Below, piece by piece: positions 1 through 12,010 of a DNA stretch of 64,000 nucleotides. The DNA comes from Carcharhinus amblyrhynchos (taxonomy: Eukaryota): contig OZ336900.1 in NCBI GenBank assembly GCA_965287045.1, positions 3,348,001-3,412,000 on the forward strand, in the 5' to 3' direction. Both the position numbers and the translations under genes were made by a program. The notes beneath the pieces are model-generated. The model was not told where the DNA came from. It made no database searches and saw only the letters and a list, made by a program, of their open reading frames with translations. Every line of letters begins with the position of its first letter. Positions within the stretch are counted from its first letter, which is position 1.

Positions 1-345
1 GGTTAGCTTGATGAGCATTTTGGGTGACAGGGAACAGTTTTGGCTGTCACAGTCTCAGTGCCACAGATTCTGTGACAGACAAGAAAATGAGTGTGATGTC
101 TGAGTACATTCAGCCTAGCATTTGTTCAACAGCCTCAAATCCCTCAACCCTTTCACCTGATTTCACTGGCAGGTGCCAGAGAGCTCGGGAAGTCCATGCA
201 CAAAGTTAAAGTTCAAATCCACCATCACTACAGCTGCAAATGAGCATGCTGTGTGTTGTAATGGGCAACCCAGCTCTCCCATAGGGCGGTCCCTTCCACA
301 GCTCAGTGCATCAAAATTAAAGGTAGAAGATTAAAAAACAGTTTA

Positions 346-628
346 AAAGTTTATTGATTAGTATCACAAGTAGGTTTACACTAACACTGCAATGAAGTTT
401 CTGTGAAAATCCCCTAGTTGCCACACTGATGCCTGTTTAGGTACACTGAGGGAGAATTTAGCACAGCCAATGCATCCTAACCAGCATGTCTTTTGGACTG
501 TGGGAGGAAACTGGAGGACCCAGAGAAAACCCACGCAGACACGGGGAGAACTCCGCACACTGACCCAAGCTGAGAATTGAACCTGGGTCCCTGGTGCTGC
601 GAGGCAGCTGTGCTAACACTGTGCCACC
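346..628 (-). mobile_element. tRNA-derived V-domain SINE, type B tail
   Basis: Reverse complement has tRNA-like head (GGTGGCACAGTGTTAGCAC, GGTTCAATTC), V-like core GTGGGTTTTCTCTGGG and a tail ending CTACTTGTGATACTAAT; matches the copies at 3311, 3643 and 6195. Confidence 0.9.
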
Positions 629-3310
629 TCCCCCCTCTGTGGTCTCTGCTACATTGTTGGAACACAGCAAACTGAGTTAATCAAAGCTCAAAGCTCCAGT
701 ATAACACAGAGCAAGTATTCTCGGGATTGGGGAGACATTGACCCTGAGTAAGCTCAACTCTGGCAGCACAGAAACCCTGAATTTAGAGCAGGGCACAGGA
801 AACAACCGCAAAAAAAAAGGAGCCCGCTGTCAGCAAGAGAGGAACCGAGCTGGTCTCTGTGTCTCCTTCCCCTGCAGCAGCTGGAGCACTGCTCAGACAC
901 TCACTGTGTTATAGCTCAGTACTTCACTGCAATTGTTTCCGGGGCCTTAATGAGACTAGCACATTACAGGCACATTCCCTGCGGAGAATCCAATGGGATG
1001 TGCAGGGGGGAATACTGAAGAAACATCAGACCAGCAGTGTTATTGCTGTACTCCTGACCCATGCATCCCTCAGGTGCTGCCTTGCTATTGGGACTGCAGG
1101 AATAATGAATGTACCCTGAATAATGGAATTATTTTAAGTACATCACTCTCTGTTCAGTGAACGGTCGTACGTTCCAACCTGTGTTGCAGGCAACACCAAT
1201 GGTTCTCATGTGAATGTCCTTGTTTCTGGGACACTGGATCGAAAGAGGCAGCTAAGGAACTGCTACATACTGCTAGTGTAATTCATGTCAAAGTTCTTGC
1301 CAGCAGCATACTGGCATGCTGCAACTGTGACAGGATTGGGCAGTGAGCTTTCCTCATTGACAAGGGGAAGGTGGGTGTATAATCACCACCCAACTCCTGA
1401 CAACACAGAAAGGTTCTTGGATTTAGTTTGTGTAAACATTTCTGATTGCTGCCTGAATCAACCTCTGTCTTTGCACAAAGGCTGAGATGGAGGCCAGTGA
1501 TAAACAGCCCTGACATGTCGGGTGCGAGTGGTTCTGAATAAATCCCACATCATTCTCAGCCATTCATTTCCTTGTAGCGTTTTTGTCCTGGCGCAGCTAC
1601 TGTGACACTTTGGTAAAACTCACAGGTTAGTTGTTTTGTAACAATTTCAACAGCCCGGTAATAACCATCGAGCACTGGCCGAGTGCGTGTTTTACAGCAG
1701 GATATCTGAACAGTGTTGTGGGTGGGTGAAACTGAATAGAGTTAGAATATTCCGAATGTCTCTCTGTCTCTCATTATCCCTTTCCTTCACTATAGTTCTG
1801 GCCTGCTTTTCTTGCCAGAATCTGCTACAGAAATTAGTTGGTCCTTCCTGTGTCATTCTGTTTGGCTTGTATCTTATTCTACTAAATGTGCTTTTAGTGC
1901 AGGTTTGTGTAAGAATGATTGAAATAACACTGACTGGCTTCATATCCTGTGGGAGCAGCCTTCAGCTCCTCATTCATTTCTATTTGCAAGACAAATGCAC
2001 CTCAGTAATTATTGAAATGAATTGATTCATAATGGAAACATCCAGTTTATCTGACCCCAATAACCTGGGACCGATCAAATAGGATTGTGAACAGGCTGCC
2101 ATTTAACACTGAGCTTCCCACCTCTCCATCAAAAAGACAACCTACTCATAACTCCCTAATATCACCCACTTCAGCTTCCTTCTCTGCTGCTGAAACCCTT
2201 ATTCATGCATCTATCACCTTCAATCTTGGCGGTCCTCCCATTCTCCACCCACATAAAGTTTCAATTATCCAAAACTTCCTGAATATTATCTGGCACCAAG
2301 TCCAATTCACCCATCTGTGCTGCCCTACGATCGCTCCCAGCTCCCCAGTGCCTCAGATACAAACATTCTCATTGTTGTGTTTAAATCTCTTCAGGATATC
2401 ATTCCCATCCTCTCTTCCTGCCTAGCTCCTCCCTGAAGTCTCTGCTCCTCCTCCGACTCTTTTGTATCCCTCTTGCTTTGCTGCAGCAATGGGTGTAGGG
2501 GACACTCCCCAAGCAGGTCGGACTCAGGCTTGCTTTGAATAATCGGGGCATTACTGTCAACCATCCCTGTAGATAAACCCCATTTGTACTGTCCATCTGG
2601 CCAGCAAGGGAGGTGGAGGGGAGGGAGGGAAGGGGCAGAGAACAGCCATGGTCACCGGAAGGTACTGCGGAAGAGGGGGAACTGTGAATGGGATAGATTG
2701 GATAGGGTCCCAATATACACCAGCAACAATCACAACTAACTGTTAGGGCCAAGGGATGGGTTGTAGAAACAGGTGCCGACCCTCTCAGTAGTTTAAGGAA
2801 GAGAGCCAATGGCAGGAAACAGGAGGGGCAGGCACACCCGAAAGGTCTTCTGCTCCGTATGGGGTGGATGTCTATCAGTCAGCTCTATGGCTTAGCCCTG
2901 TGACATTAGCCTTTTAAATCATCATGATGAGCTCAATGAGGTCCAATTTCTTCCCCATTGAGTCATTGGGTGACCATCAGGTGGCTCACTTTAATATAAC
3001 TCTAACAATCTTTTCTGTCATTTTGTTTTCATTTTATTGCAATTTAAAGAGGATCATTTCACTCCAAGTTGTGTCTCCAGCTGGCACTGGCCAGCATTAA
3101 TAGGAGGAATATATTCAGAGCAATGCTGCAGCGTGAAACACATTTGTTTTTCATCGTTATAACAGTGGCTCTGTGCAAAGACAACATTTTGATTGCAATT
3201 TCAAATGAATTAGATACTGCTGGTCAAAAAGCACCTCGAACCAAATCAATTTCTCATAGCAGCTAATAAGCAAAGTACAGCAGTGTAATATATAAATCAT
3301 ACATAATACA

Positions 3311-3604
3311 GGCAGCACAGTGCCACAGTGGTTAGCACTGCTGCCTCCCAGTGCCAGAGGCTGGGCTTCAATTCTCAGTTTGGGTCACTGACTGTGCGGA
3401 GTCTGCACATTCTCCCCATGTCTGCGTGGGTTTCCTCCGGGTGCTCCAGTTTCCTCCCACAGATGTGCTGATTAGGGTGCATTGGTCATGCTAAATTCTC
3501 CCTCAATGTACCCAAACAGGAGCTGGAGTGTGGCGACTAGGGGACTTTCACAGTAACTTCATTACAGTGTTAATGTAAGCTGACTTGTGACTCATAACTA
3601 AAAT
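3311..3604 (+). mobile_element. V-domain SINE, type B tail
   Basis: GGCAGCACAGTGCCACAGTGGTTAGCACTGCTGCC head, GCGTGGGTTTCCTCCGGGTGCTCC core, CACAGTAACTTCATT...TTGTGAC tail. Confidence 0.9.
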
Positions 3605-3642
3605 AATGAATATATAATAGAGTATAATGTAATACATAATAT

Positions 3643-3947
3643 GGGCAGTACCGTGGCATAGTGGTTAGCATGGCTGCTCACAGTGCTAGGTACCCGGATT
3701 CAATTCTGGCCTCGGGTCACTGTGCAGTCTGCACGTTCTCCCTGTGTCTGTGTGGGTTTCCTCCGGATGCTCTGGTTTCCTCCCACAGTCTGAATGATGT
3801 GCTGGTTAGGTGCAATGGCCGTGCTAAATTCTGCCTCAGTGTACTCAAACAGGCACTGGAGTGTGGCGACTAGAGGACTTTCACAGTAACTTCATTGCAG
3901 TGTTACTGTAAGCCTAATTGTGACACTAATAAATAAATTTAAAACTT
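3643..3947 (+). mobile_element. V-domain SINE, type B tail
   Basis: Same head, core and tail as the copy 40 bp upstream; ends GTGACACTAATAAATAAA. Confidence 0.9.
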
Positions 3948-4713
3948 CCAAAGGTTTCTGATGCAAGGCATGTGGTACTATTCATAGGCGAGTTATGAAG
4001 CTATCAGAATTGTACTGTATTACACTGGACTGTGATAATATCCTTGCTAATTTAGCAAAATATCTATTACTTACATTGCAGTGAGGGATGGATCCAGTCT
4101 AAATAAATTAATCTGAACACTAAATAAATTAATTTTACATTTGAAATTCCAGCTGACAAAACAGTCAATCCCTGAACCTCTTTATTGACAGATTCACTTT
4201 TAGTTATCCTGAGAATGGAGTTCTTTTCGTAAAGATTTCCCTGGCGGCCAAATCCACATCACATACAGACATGCTGCCTGTTTTTTAGATTCTTATTTTG
4301 TCTGGGTTGGTCACCGACCACAACTGTTTAACTAATTGATTAGTTTGCCTGGGGATTAAACAGAGCACTAATTCTTCTCCAGCTAGTCTAAACCTTCCGA
4401 TTGACAAGATTTTATATGATAGCTTCCATCGGCCCACTGTATAAGGGACGACAAATGGTTTTGTACTCAGTAAATTGTGAGTGTGTAGGAAGAGGTTTTA
4501 AATCAAAGTGCAAAAGTGATTTTTAAATAAGGATATACGAACCCATTTGAGTTGGTTGCAAAAGTTCCATATTTTTGGAAGTAGGGGTTAAATCAAGTAA
4601 GTTTATAAACTGTAACATTCTGCTATCGAGCAGTTAGAAGGAAAATATAGTCCAATAGTGAGGTAGTGTTGGATTATGGTTATATCCCTTCTCTGGTTGA
4701 TACCCTGCATTCA

Positions 4714-5269
4714 CTTTATAAGACCCTTGTCAGGCCTCATTTGGAGTACTGTGCGCAGTTCTGGTCGCCTCACTATAGGAAAGACGTGGAAGCTATTGAA
4801 AGGGTACAGAGGAGATTTACAAGGATGTTGCCTGGACTGGGAGGCATGCCTTATGAAGATAGGTCGAGGGAGCTGGGACTCTTCTCCCTGGAGAGACGAA
4901 GGTTGAGAGGCGACCTGATAGAAGTTTATAAGGTGTTGAGAGGAATAGATAGGGTGGATTCTCAGAGGCTATTTCCCCGGGTTGAAATGGTCGCTACGAG
5001 AGGACACAGATTTAAGGTGCGGTGAGGAAAGTACAGAAGTGATGTTAGGGGTAAGTTTTTCACTCAGAGGGTGGTGAGTGAATGGAATCGGCTGCCGTCA
5101 GTGGTGGTGGAGGCGAACTCGCTGAGGTCTTTTAAAAGACTTCTGGATGAGTATATGGGGTTTTATGGGATTGGGGGTTATAGATAGGTCAATAGATTGG
5201 TAGGTGTTGATGTGATCGGCGCAACTCGTGGGCCGAAGGGCCTGTTTGTGCTGTAGTGTTCTATGTTCT
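4714..5269 (+). mobile_element. 5'-truncated CR1 LINE (RT C-terminus and 3' UTR)
   Basis: LYKTLVRPHLEYCAQFWSPHYRKDVEAIERVQRRFTRMLPG; GGGCCGAAGGGCCTGTT 3' hairpin; TTCTATG tail; ATTCA on both flanks (4709-4713, 5270-5274). Confidence 0.95.
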
Positions 5270-5415
5270 ATTCATTATCAAAAGGTACATTGGCAACCAT
5301 GGAATTCATTTACCCATAAATCCAATGTTATCTTACTGGCATTCTTCCTTATATATTTCACATTAAATTCTGTATTTATATTACAGGCATACATTAAAAC
5401 TTCAATTAAGTTACT

Positions 5416-5650
5416 ATGAAAATCCCCTAGTTGCCACACTCCAGTGCCTGTACACTGAGGGAGAATTTAGCATGTTCAATGCACCCAACCAGCACGTCTT
5501 TTGGACTGTGGGAGGAAACCAGAGCACCTGAAGGAAACCCACACAGACATGGGGAGAACATGCAGACTCCATGCAGGCAGTGACCCAAGGCCAGAATCAA
5601 GCCCAGGTCCTTGGCACTGAGCAGCAGCTGTGCTATCCACTGTGCCACCA
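5416..5650 (-). mobile_element. V-domain SINE, type B, tail truncated
   Basis: Aligns by eye to 346-628. Confidence 0.85.
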
Positions 5651-6194
5651 GTCCCTCCACTGCACTTGTAATGATTTGGAAATGTAAAGTTAAAAGCTTC
5701 TCATGCAACATGTAATCACTAAAATAAAAAATTATATGCTTGGCATGAACTTGAACAGTATTGGCTCATCCAATTCTTTTATAAATAAAACAAAAACTTC
5801 TCATTTAAACAATGTTGTCCATTGTTTGTATCTACAGTGTATACAGAGATTATCGGCGCAATGCCAGCCTTAAATCAACATAAACAGCAATGATTGCTAT
5901 ACAAGTGCACACTACAAAGTAACTCAATGATTCCATGAAGCAAATATCCTCAGTAGAAATATGGGCCTCCTCATACTAACATAGGTATTTTCAACTTACA
6001 TAGAATGTTTGATAGAGTTTGACAACAATTTGCCCATTACTGTTGTTACTACAGGGTACAAGGGAAGCCTTCTGCACAACTGACAAAGCAAAACCAAGCA
6101 CGTTGTTCACAAAACAAACATTTAAAAAGGAGCCAAATACAAACATGGAAACAGGAGGAAACCATAAGACATTCAGTGGGATCACAATGTGAGG

Positions 6195-6492
6195 GGTGGC
6201 ACGGTGGTTAGCACTGCTGCCTCACAGTGCCAGGGACCCAGGTTTGATTCTGACCTCAGGTCATTGTTTGTGTGGAATCTGCACGTTCTCCCCATGTCTG
6301 CATGGGTTTCCTCCGCGTGCTTTGGTTTCCTCCCAAAGTATGAAAGATGTGTTGGTTAGATGCAATGGCTGTGCTAAATTCTCCCTCAGTGTACCCGAAC
6401 AGGTGCCAGAGTGTGGTGACAAGGGGAGTTTCACAGTAACCTCATTGCAGTGTTAAGGTAAGAATACTTGTGACCAATAAATGAAAGTAAAC
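6195..6492 (+). mobile_element. V-domain SINE, type B tail
   Basis: GGTGGCACGGTGGTTAGCACTGCTGCCTCACAG head; TACTTGTGACCAATAA tail. Confidence 0.9.
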
Positions 6493-6799
6493 AAATGTAT
6501 CCACTTTCTCCACTTCATGTCTCTTAATAAGTTGGCTTAGTAAAAAATTGATCAGTCTTAGATTTTGAATTAAGAATTGGCCTGACATCTACTGCTGTTT
6601 GGGGAAGAAAACTGCAAACTTGTACCTCCGATTACAGATTAGAACAGTTCACCCCTTAAACCCCTGTCTCTAATTTTTAGATTCTGTTCCTCAGTCCTTT
6701 CCAATCAGTGGAAATAGCTTCACTCCTTTATTCCATCGATTCCCCTTAACATCTTAAAAACTTTGATCAAATCACCCCTTAAATCTTCCCAATCGCAGA

Positions 6800-7000
6800 A
6801 ATCATAGAATCCCTGCAGTACACAAGGAGCCCATTCGGCCCATCAAGCCTGGACTGACTCTCCGAGAGTATCCCACCCAGGCCCTAAGCCAATAATCCCA
6901 TATCATTGCCTTGCTAATCCCCCTAACCTGCTCATCTTGAGACACGAAAGGGAAATTTAGCATAGCCAACCCACTGAATCTGCATCTTTGGAAATGGGAC
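6800..7000 (-). mobile_element. HE1-like SINE 3' part (type A, CR1-type tail) inside an old CR1
   Basis: ATCATAGAATCCCTGCAGTACACAAGGAGCCCATTCGGCCCATC is the reverse complement of the type A tail. Confidence 0.8.
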
Positions 7001-7082
7001 ACTAAGTTTGCGTCATCCTTCTTGTTACTTCAATCAAATCAACCTGGTAAATCTATATTGCACTCCTTCCACGACCAATATA

Positions 7083-7480
7083 GCGTGGGCTGCTCTTGGA
7101 GGTTCCGGGAGTGGCCTAGCACTTCGTGTAGGTGTGTGTGCTTGATCCTGGACCAGTAGACGGGCGCCGCAACAGCTCGGTGACTGGCACTGCTAGCTGT
7201 GCAGATACATGGATTTGGGCCTGTGTCTGTGGGAGTTTGCGCATTCTCCCTGTGGTTGCGTGGGTTTCCTCCGGGCGCTCCGGTTTCCTCCCACACCCCA
7301 AAGATGTGCTCTTAGGCTGATTGGTTTTACCAAATTGACACTATTCTCCCCTGAATCTGGCTAAGTTAGGGGTTCCACTCGTAGACACGCAGGTTAGAAT
7401 AGGTGTAGGGTGATGCGGCGGCGCGGGCTCGTTGGGCCGAAGGGCCTGTTTCCCGTGCTGGGTTGTTCTTTGTTCTTTGT
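7083..7480 (+). mobile_element. Young V-domain SINE with atypical 5' head and CR1-type tail
   Basis: Core GCGTGGGTTTCCTCCGGGCGCTCCGGTTTCCTCCCAC; tail GGGCCGAAGGGCCTGTT...(TTGTTCT)n; TSD AATATA at 7077-7082 and 7481-7486; CpG-rich. Confidence 0.85.
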
Positions 7481-8021
7481 AATATACCTTCCTGAAGGTG
7501 TGTGTGTGGATTAGGCATAGCCTCAGACTGAAATGTGTATAATAAGGTCTGTGTACGGATCTCTGATTGTGTGGATTTGGGATTTCTCCATGAGGGATGA
7601 GTATACATACAGCCAGTCAGCAAATGCAGCTGAGTGGGTATAGATTCTGATTATCAGGAAAATCTATTCACTCTGCTATATTCCCTTCTGCCTTTCTCAA
7701 TATCCCCTTATCACCCACACAAATTCCTGCTCCAGCAGTGGGGTGGATATACATGTTTCCTAAGCACAGAGTTGATTTCTGAACTTTGGGAGCTGTGTGA
7801 GGAACAAGACTTGGGATCAAATTCTGGCTCTCTCCCAAAGGACAGGCATTATCTCTCTCTTGTGAGGTGAAGTGTTCCGTTAAACGGCGGTAAAGAGGAT
7901 TTGATATATCCTCATCTATCATGTGCTCAGTGATTTTCTTTGTATAGTAACAGCAATGTCAAACAAATATCCCCTAAATTGAGCTGGTACTGTGATGCAA
8001 TGGTGATCAGAATGATTTAAT

Positions 8022-8334
8022 GGGGGCGGCACTGTGGTTCATACTGCTGCCTCACAGCGCCAGGGACTGGGTTCAATTCCAGCCTCAGGTGATTGTCTGT
8101 GTGGAGTTTGCACATCCTCCCCATGTCTACATGCGTTTCCTCCAGGTTTCCTCCCACGGTCCAAAGATGTGCAGGTTAGGTGGATTGGCCATGCTAAAGT
8201 TGTGTCGGGGGACTGGCTAGGGTAAATGCATGGGGTTATGGGGATAGGACCTGGGTGAGATTGTCATCGGGCAGATTCAATGGGCCGAATGGCCTCCTTC
8301 TGCACTGTAGGATTCTATGATTCTATGATTCTAA
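8022..8334 (+). mobile_element. HE1-like SINE (type A)
   Basis: tRNA head, V core, GGCCGAATGGCCTCCTTCTGCACTGTAGGATTCTATGATTCTATGATTCT tail. Confidence 0.9.
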
Positions 8335-9544
8335 GAATGTATTTTATTCATCAAAGGAGAAAACAAATATCATGGCCACTTGGACGTGACAGTGCTCAAA
8401 ACATGAGGATATTCCTGTCAAACTCTGTCAGATCCAGGAGATAAGAACGTAAATACTAGGAGCAGAAGTAGGCCATTCAGCCCCTCAAGGCTGCTTTGCC
8501 ATTCTGTACGATCATGGCTGACCTTGTTTCACTTCAATTCCTGCCCATTCATCATCACCCTTTAACCCTTTCCTAATTACAAACATGTCCATCTCCTCCT
8601 TAAGTTTAGGAATCCAAAAGTTACATAAACCAGTTCATTATGCAAACTCACTCACTCTGTACCCTCCCACCATGCACCTTCCTCCCCAGTGGGAAATATT
8701 CTGGATGGGCTTTGGTGCTAATAGTGTCCGTTGTGGACATGGCATGTTAGACCCCAAGATGGGGGATCAAGGAGGTATGTCCAGTGACCATTTGCCCTTC
8801 TGCCATTGCCAGGCTGCAGAGGGAGAGCACCTCCCACAGTCTGAAAGATGTGCAGGTTAGGCACATTGGCCATGCTAAATTCTCCCTCAGTGTTCCCAAA
8901 CAGGGGTGCTGGGGGGGTTTGGTGGACTTGGGCTGGGGTCAAGGGGCTGATCTCAACACCTGGGATGGGGGTCCCATGACTGGACAGTCCCCTCTAGCCC
9001 TGGTAGACCCCTCCACCTCCTGACATGGTGATTTCAGGCAGCTCTCTGCTCAACATCCTCATTCCTGCCTTATATCTGTGAGGACTTTCAATTGGTCTGG
9101 TCACTTTAATCTGCATGACCCTCAGACACTTGACAGGCTTTTAAATCACAGCAGTACTCCACTCTGCATCAGGGCTTCCCTTTCTCTCTCTCAGAAGCTG
9201 CAGGTGTGAATAGACCCCTTTGAAATCCTCTGACAGACAGGAGATGTCACATCCAGGGAGGGAGGAGGGCTTCCCTTCTCCACAGCTGTTCATTCAGCTC
9301 CATTCTATTCACATAGCTTTTAACTGAAGTCTCTGAGCCTTCCTAGAAAGCTGAAATCCTTTGGAACCGTCTCTATTCCACTGAAAACCGATCTCTTTCA
9401 TTTTCACAGTTCAGTCCTTTGAAATAGAAATCACGTGCTACACTGTTCTATCTGGATATCATATTTAAAAGGTGCCTGGACAGTTATGAATTGATTGCAC
9501 ATTAGACTTTGTGACAGAGCTTGGCAGGCTGGCTTCAACCAGCA

Positions 9545-9742
9545 CAAGCCCAAAGGTTCAGAGATACTTCACTGGGCACACTTTTAAACTTGGTGGTGGA
9601 CAGTAGCAGCACCCTTTACCCAAGGGATGGGAGGAGAAAGTTCACCCATCTCACCACCCCTGTGTGGGAGGCAGTTGACAGGGAGGCCACCCTCCAGTGC
9701 AGGGAAAGGATGAATAACCTAATCGACACTGTCAGAGTGAGT
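9545..9742 (+). pseudogene. Degenerate Myb/SANT-like DNA-binding exon of a PIF/Harbinger transposon
   Basis: RFRDTSLGTLLNLV...LYPRDGRR...WEAV...QCRERMNNLI resembles the Harbinger Myb/SANT pattern; followed by donor-like GTGAGT at 9737. Confidence 0.55.
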
Positions 9743-10599
9743 GCTCCCATACTCAACTCACTGAATGGGAATGGAGACCTGGACATCAATATCCACCTTC
9801 AGTGCTACCCATGTATTGAACCTGTCTGCAAGGTGCTGGGTGTTGCCTCGCTGCCTCACTGCAATCTATACAGTCTGCAGGGAGGCAACAGTGGGCACTG
9901 ACCCAGCCCCACTGAGGGCTGAAGTTTTGAGGGTGGTGAGGGATGTTGGCATGTAGGGCGTGTAGATGCTTCTGCTGCGGCCATGCCTCTGTTGTCCTTC
10001 TTCTCCTAGCTGCTGGTGCTCGCTGCTCTGGGGGAGCGGGTGTGGGAGGGTGAGGGGGGATCGCTGAAATATTCTCGGAGAGTAGCAGCAGTGCACCATT
10101 CATGTGGCACACAGTTACCAACGGGTTGTTGGTGAAGATTGGCAATGTGTGAATGTCAGGTGCTCACTAACCTCACACACTCCAGTTGCACGATTGCTCC
10201 ATCATTGCTGTTTCACAGTTGCAAATATGTTTATAGTTGAATGCGATGAAGGTCTGCTGGGTTTCTTCTGTGACCTATTGGTGCCCCTCCCCTTACATTA
10301 ACCTCTACCCCCCCACACACACACTATCCTTGTTGCCCTCCACACAGATGTTACCTGCTGCCCCCACACCCCTTGCACTGCCCCCAGTCCCCTCTCGAAA
10401 TGCCTCAAACAAAGACTTTTAGACAACCTCATACTTACATCGCACCAGCCGGCTTCCTCAGCTGTCCCACCTGGGTTTGCCCTTTCCTCCCCTTTCGTGT
10501 TCATTTCCCCTCACAATAAGGGATTTCATTGTCTTATCTTTCCCCATTGCTCGCTGAAACTGCATACAAAGCTTTTTTGATTCATTATGCCACCTACAT

Positions 10600-11525
10600 C
10601 CCTCTGCATCTCAGCACCCTGCAATCTCCCACCATTTAGAAACTAAGCTTCCTTATGCTGAAATGGACAATTTCACATTTTCCTACTTTATAATCCATTT
10701 GCCAGGATTTTGCCCACTCACTTTATCCATGTCCCTTTGTAACCTCCTTAAATCCTCTTCACAGTGTACTTTTCTCACCACCTTTGTGACATTATTAAAG
10801 TTAACAACCATACCTTCAGTCCCTTCAATCAAGTCATTGATATAAAATTTAAGAAGTGGAAGCCCAGCACTGATCCCTGTGACACACTCTCGCCACATCC
10901 TGCCAACCAGAAAAAGACCTATTTATGCCTAGTCTCTGTTTCCTGTTATCTAGCCAATCTTCCACCCACACCAATACATTATCCTCTACACAATAAGCTT
11001 TAATTTTCTGCAGCAACATTTGACGTGGCACCTTATCAAATGCCTTCTAGAAATCCAAGCACTGTACATCCATTGGTTCCCCTTTATCCACTGCACGTTA
11101 CTTCTTCAAAGAACACCAATAAATTGACTAAACATGATTTCCCTTTCACAAACCCATGTTGACTGATTGCCTTGAAGTTACCTAAGTGTCCTACCATAAC
11201 ATTTTTAATAATGGCTTCCAAAATTTTCCCTATGACAGATGTTAAGCTAACTGACCTGTAATTTCCTGCTTTCTGCCTTCCACTCTTTTTAAGTAAGAAC
11301 ATAAGAAGAACATAAGAACATTCTCAGAGCAGAAGTAGGCCATCTGGCCCCTTGAGCTTGCTCTGCCATTCAATAAGATCGTGGCTGATCTTTTTGACTC
11401 AGCTCCACTTACCCACCCACTCACCATAGCCCTTAATTCCTTTACTGTTCAAGATAAAGAAATTACACTCTCTATTTTCCAATCAAATGGAACATTCCCC
11501 AAATCTAGGGAGCTGTGGATAATTG
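10600..11525 (-). mobile_element. Older CR1 RT fragment with a younger CR1 3' tail nested at ~11296-11452
   Basis: Frameshifted ORFs GNYRSVSLTSVIGKILE, SQHGFVKGKSCL, YINDL; internal AAGAACATAAGAA tail. Confidence 0.85.
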
Positions 11526-11527
11526 AA

Positions 11528-12010
11528 AGCATCATCCAGTCCATCACGCAAACCAGCCTCCCATCCATTGACGCTGTCTACACTTCCCGCTGCCTCGGCA
11601 AAGCAGTCAGCATAATCAAGGAACCGACAGACTCTGGACATTCTGTCTTCCACTTTCTTCTGCCAGGAAAAAGATACAAAAGTCTGAGAGTACATACCAT
11701 CTCAAGAACAACTTCTTCCCTGCTGCCACCAGACTTTTGAGTGACCAACCATATATTAAGTTGATCTTTCTCTACAACCTATTGCTCCTGTTGGATTTAA
11801 AGCTGGTGTTGTGAGACTTCTACTGTGTGCCCACCTCAATCCAATACCAACATCTCCACATCATTCCAACCTATCTGTAATGGCAACACTACATTCTGCA
11901 CCTTCTTTCCTTCTCCCCTGTGAACAGTATGCTTTGTCTGTATAGTGCGCAAGAAACAATATTTTTCACAGTGACTCTACACAAGTGACAATAATAAATC
12001 AAATCTAATC
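11528..12010 (+). mobile_element. Rex1/Babar-type LINE 3' fragment with a PLE fragment inserted at ~11787-11863
   Basis: QSITQTSLPSIDAVYTSRCLGKAVSIIKEP; ends GTGACAATAATAAATCAAATC. Confidence 0.85.

Noticed and set aside
376-670. Recurrent ORFs such as CLRGFPPGALVSSHS
   Set aside because: Translations of non-coding SINE bodies
7083-7160. HDV-like ribozyme at the atypical SINE head
   Set aside because: Could not assign convincing P1/P2/P3 pairing by eye
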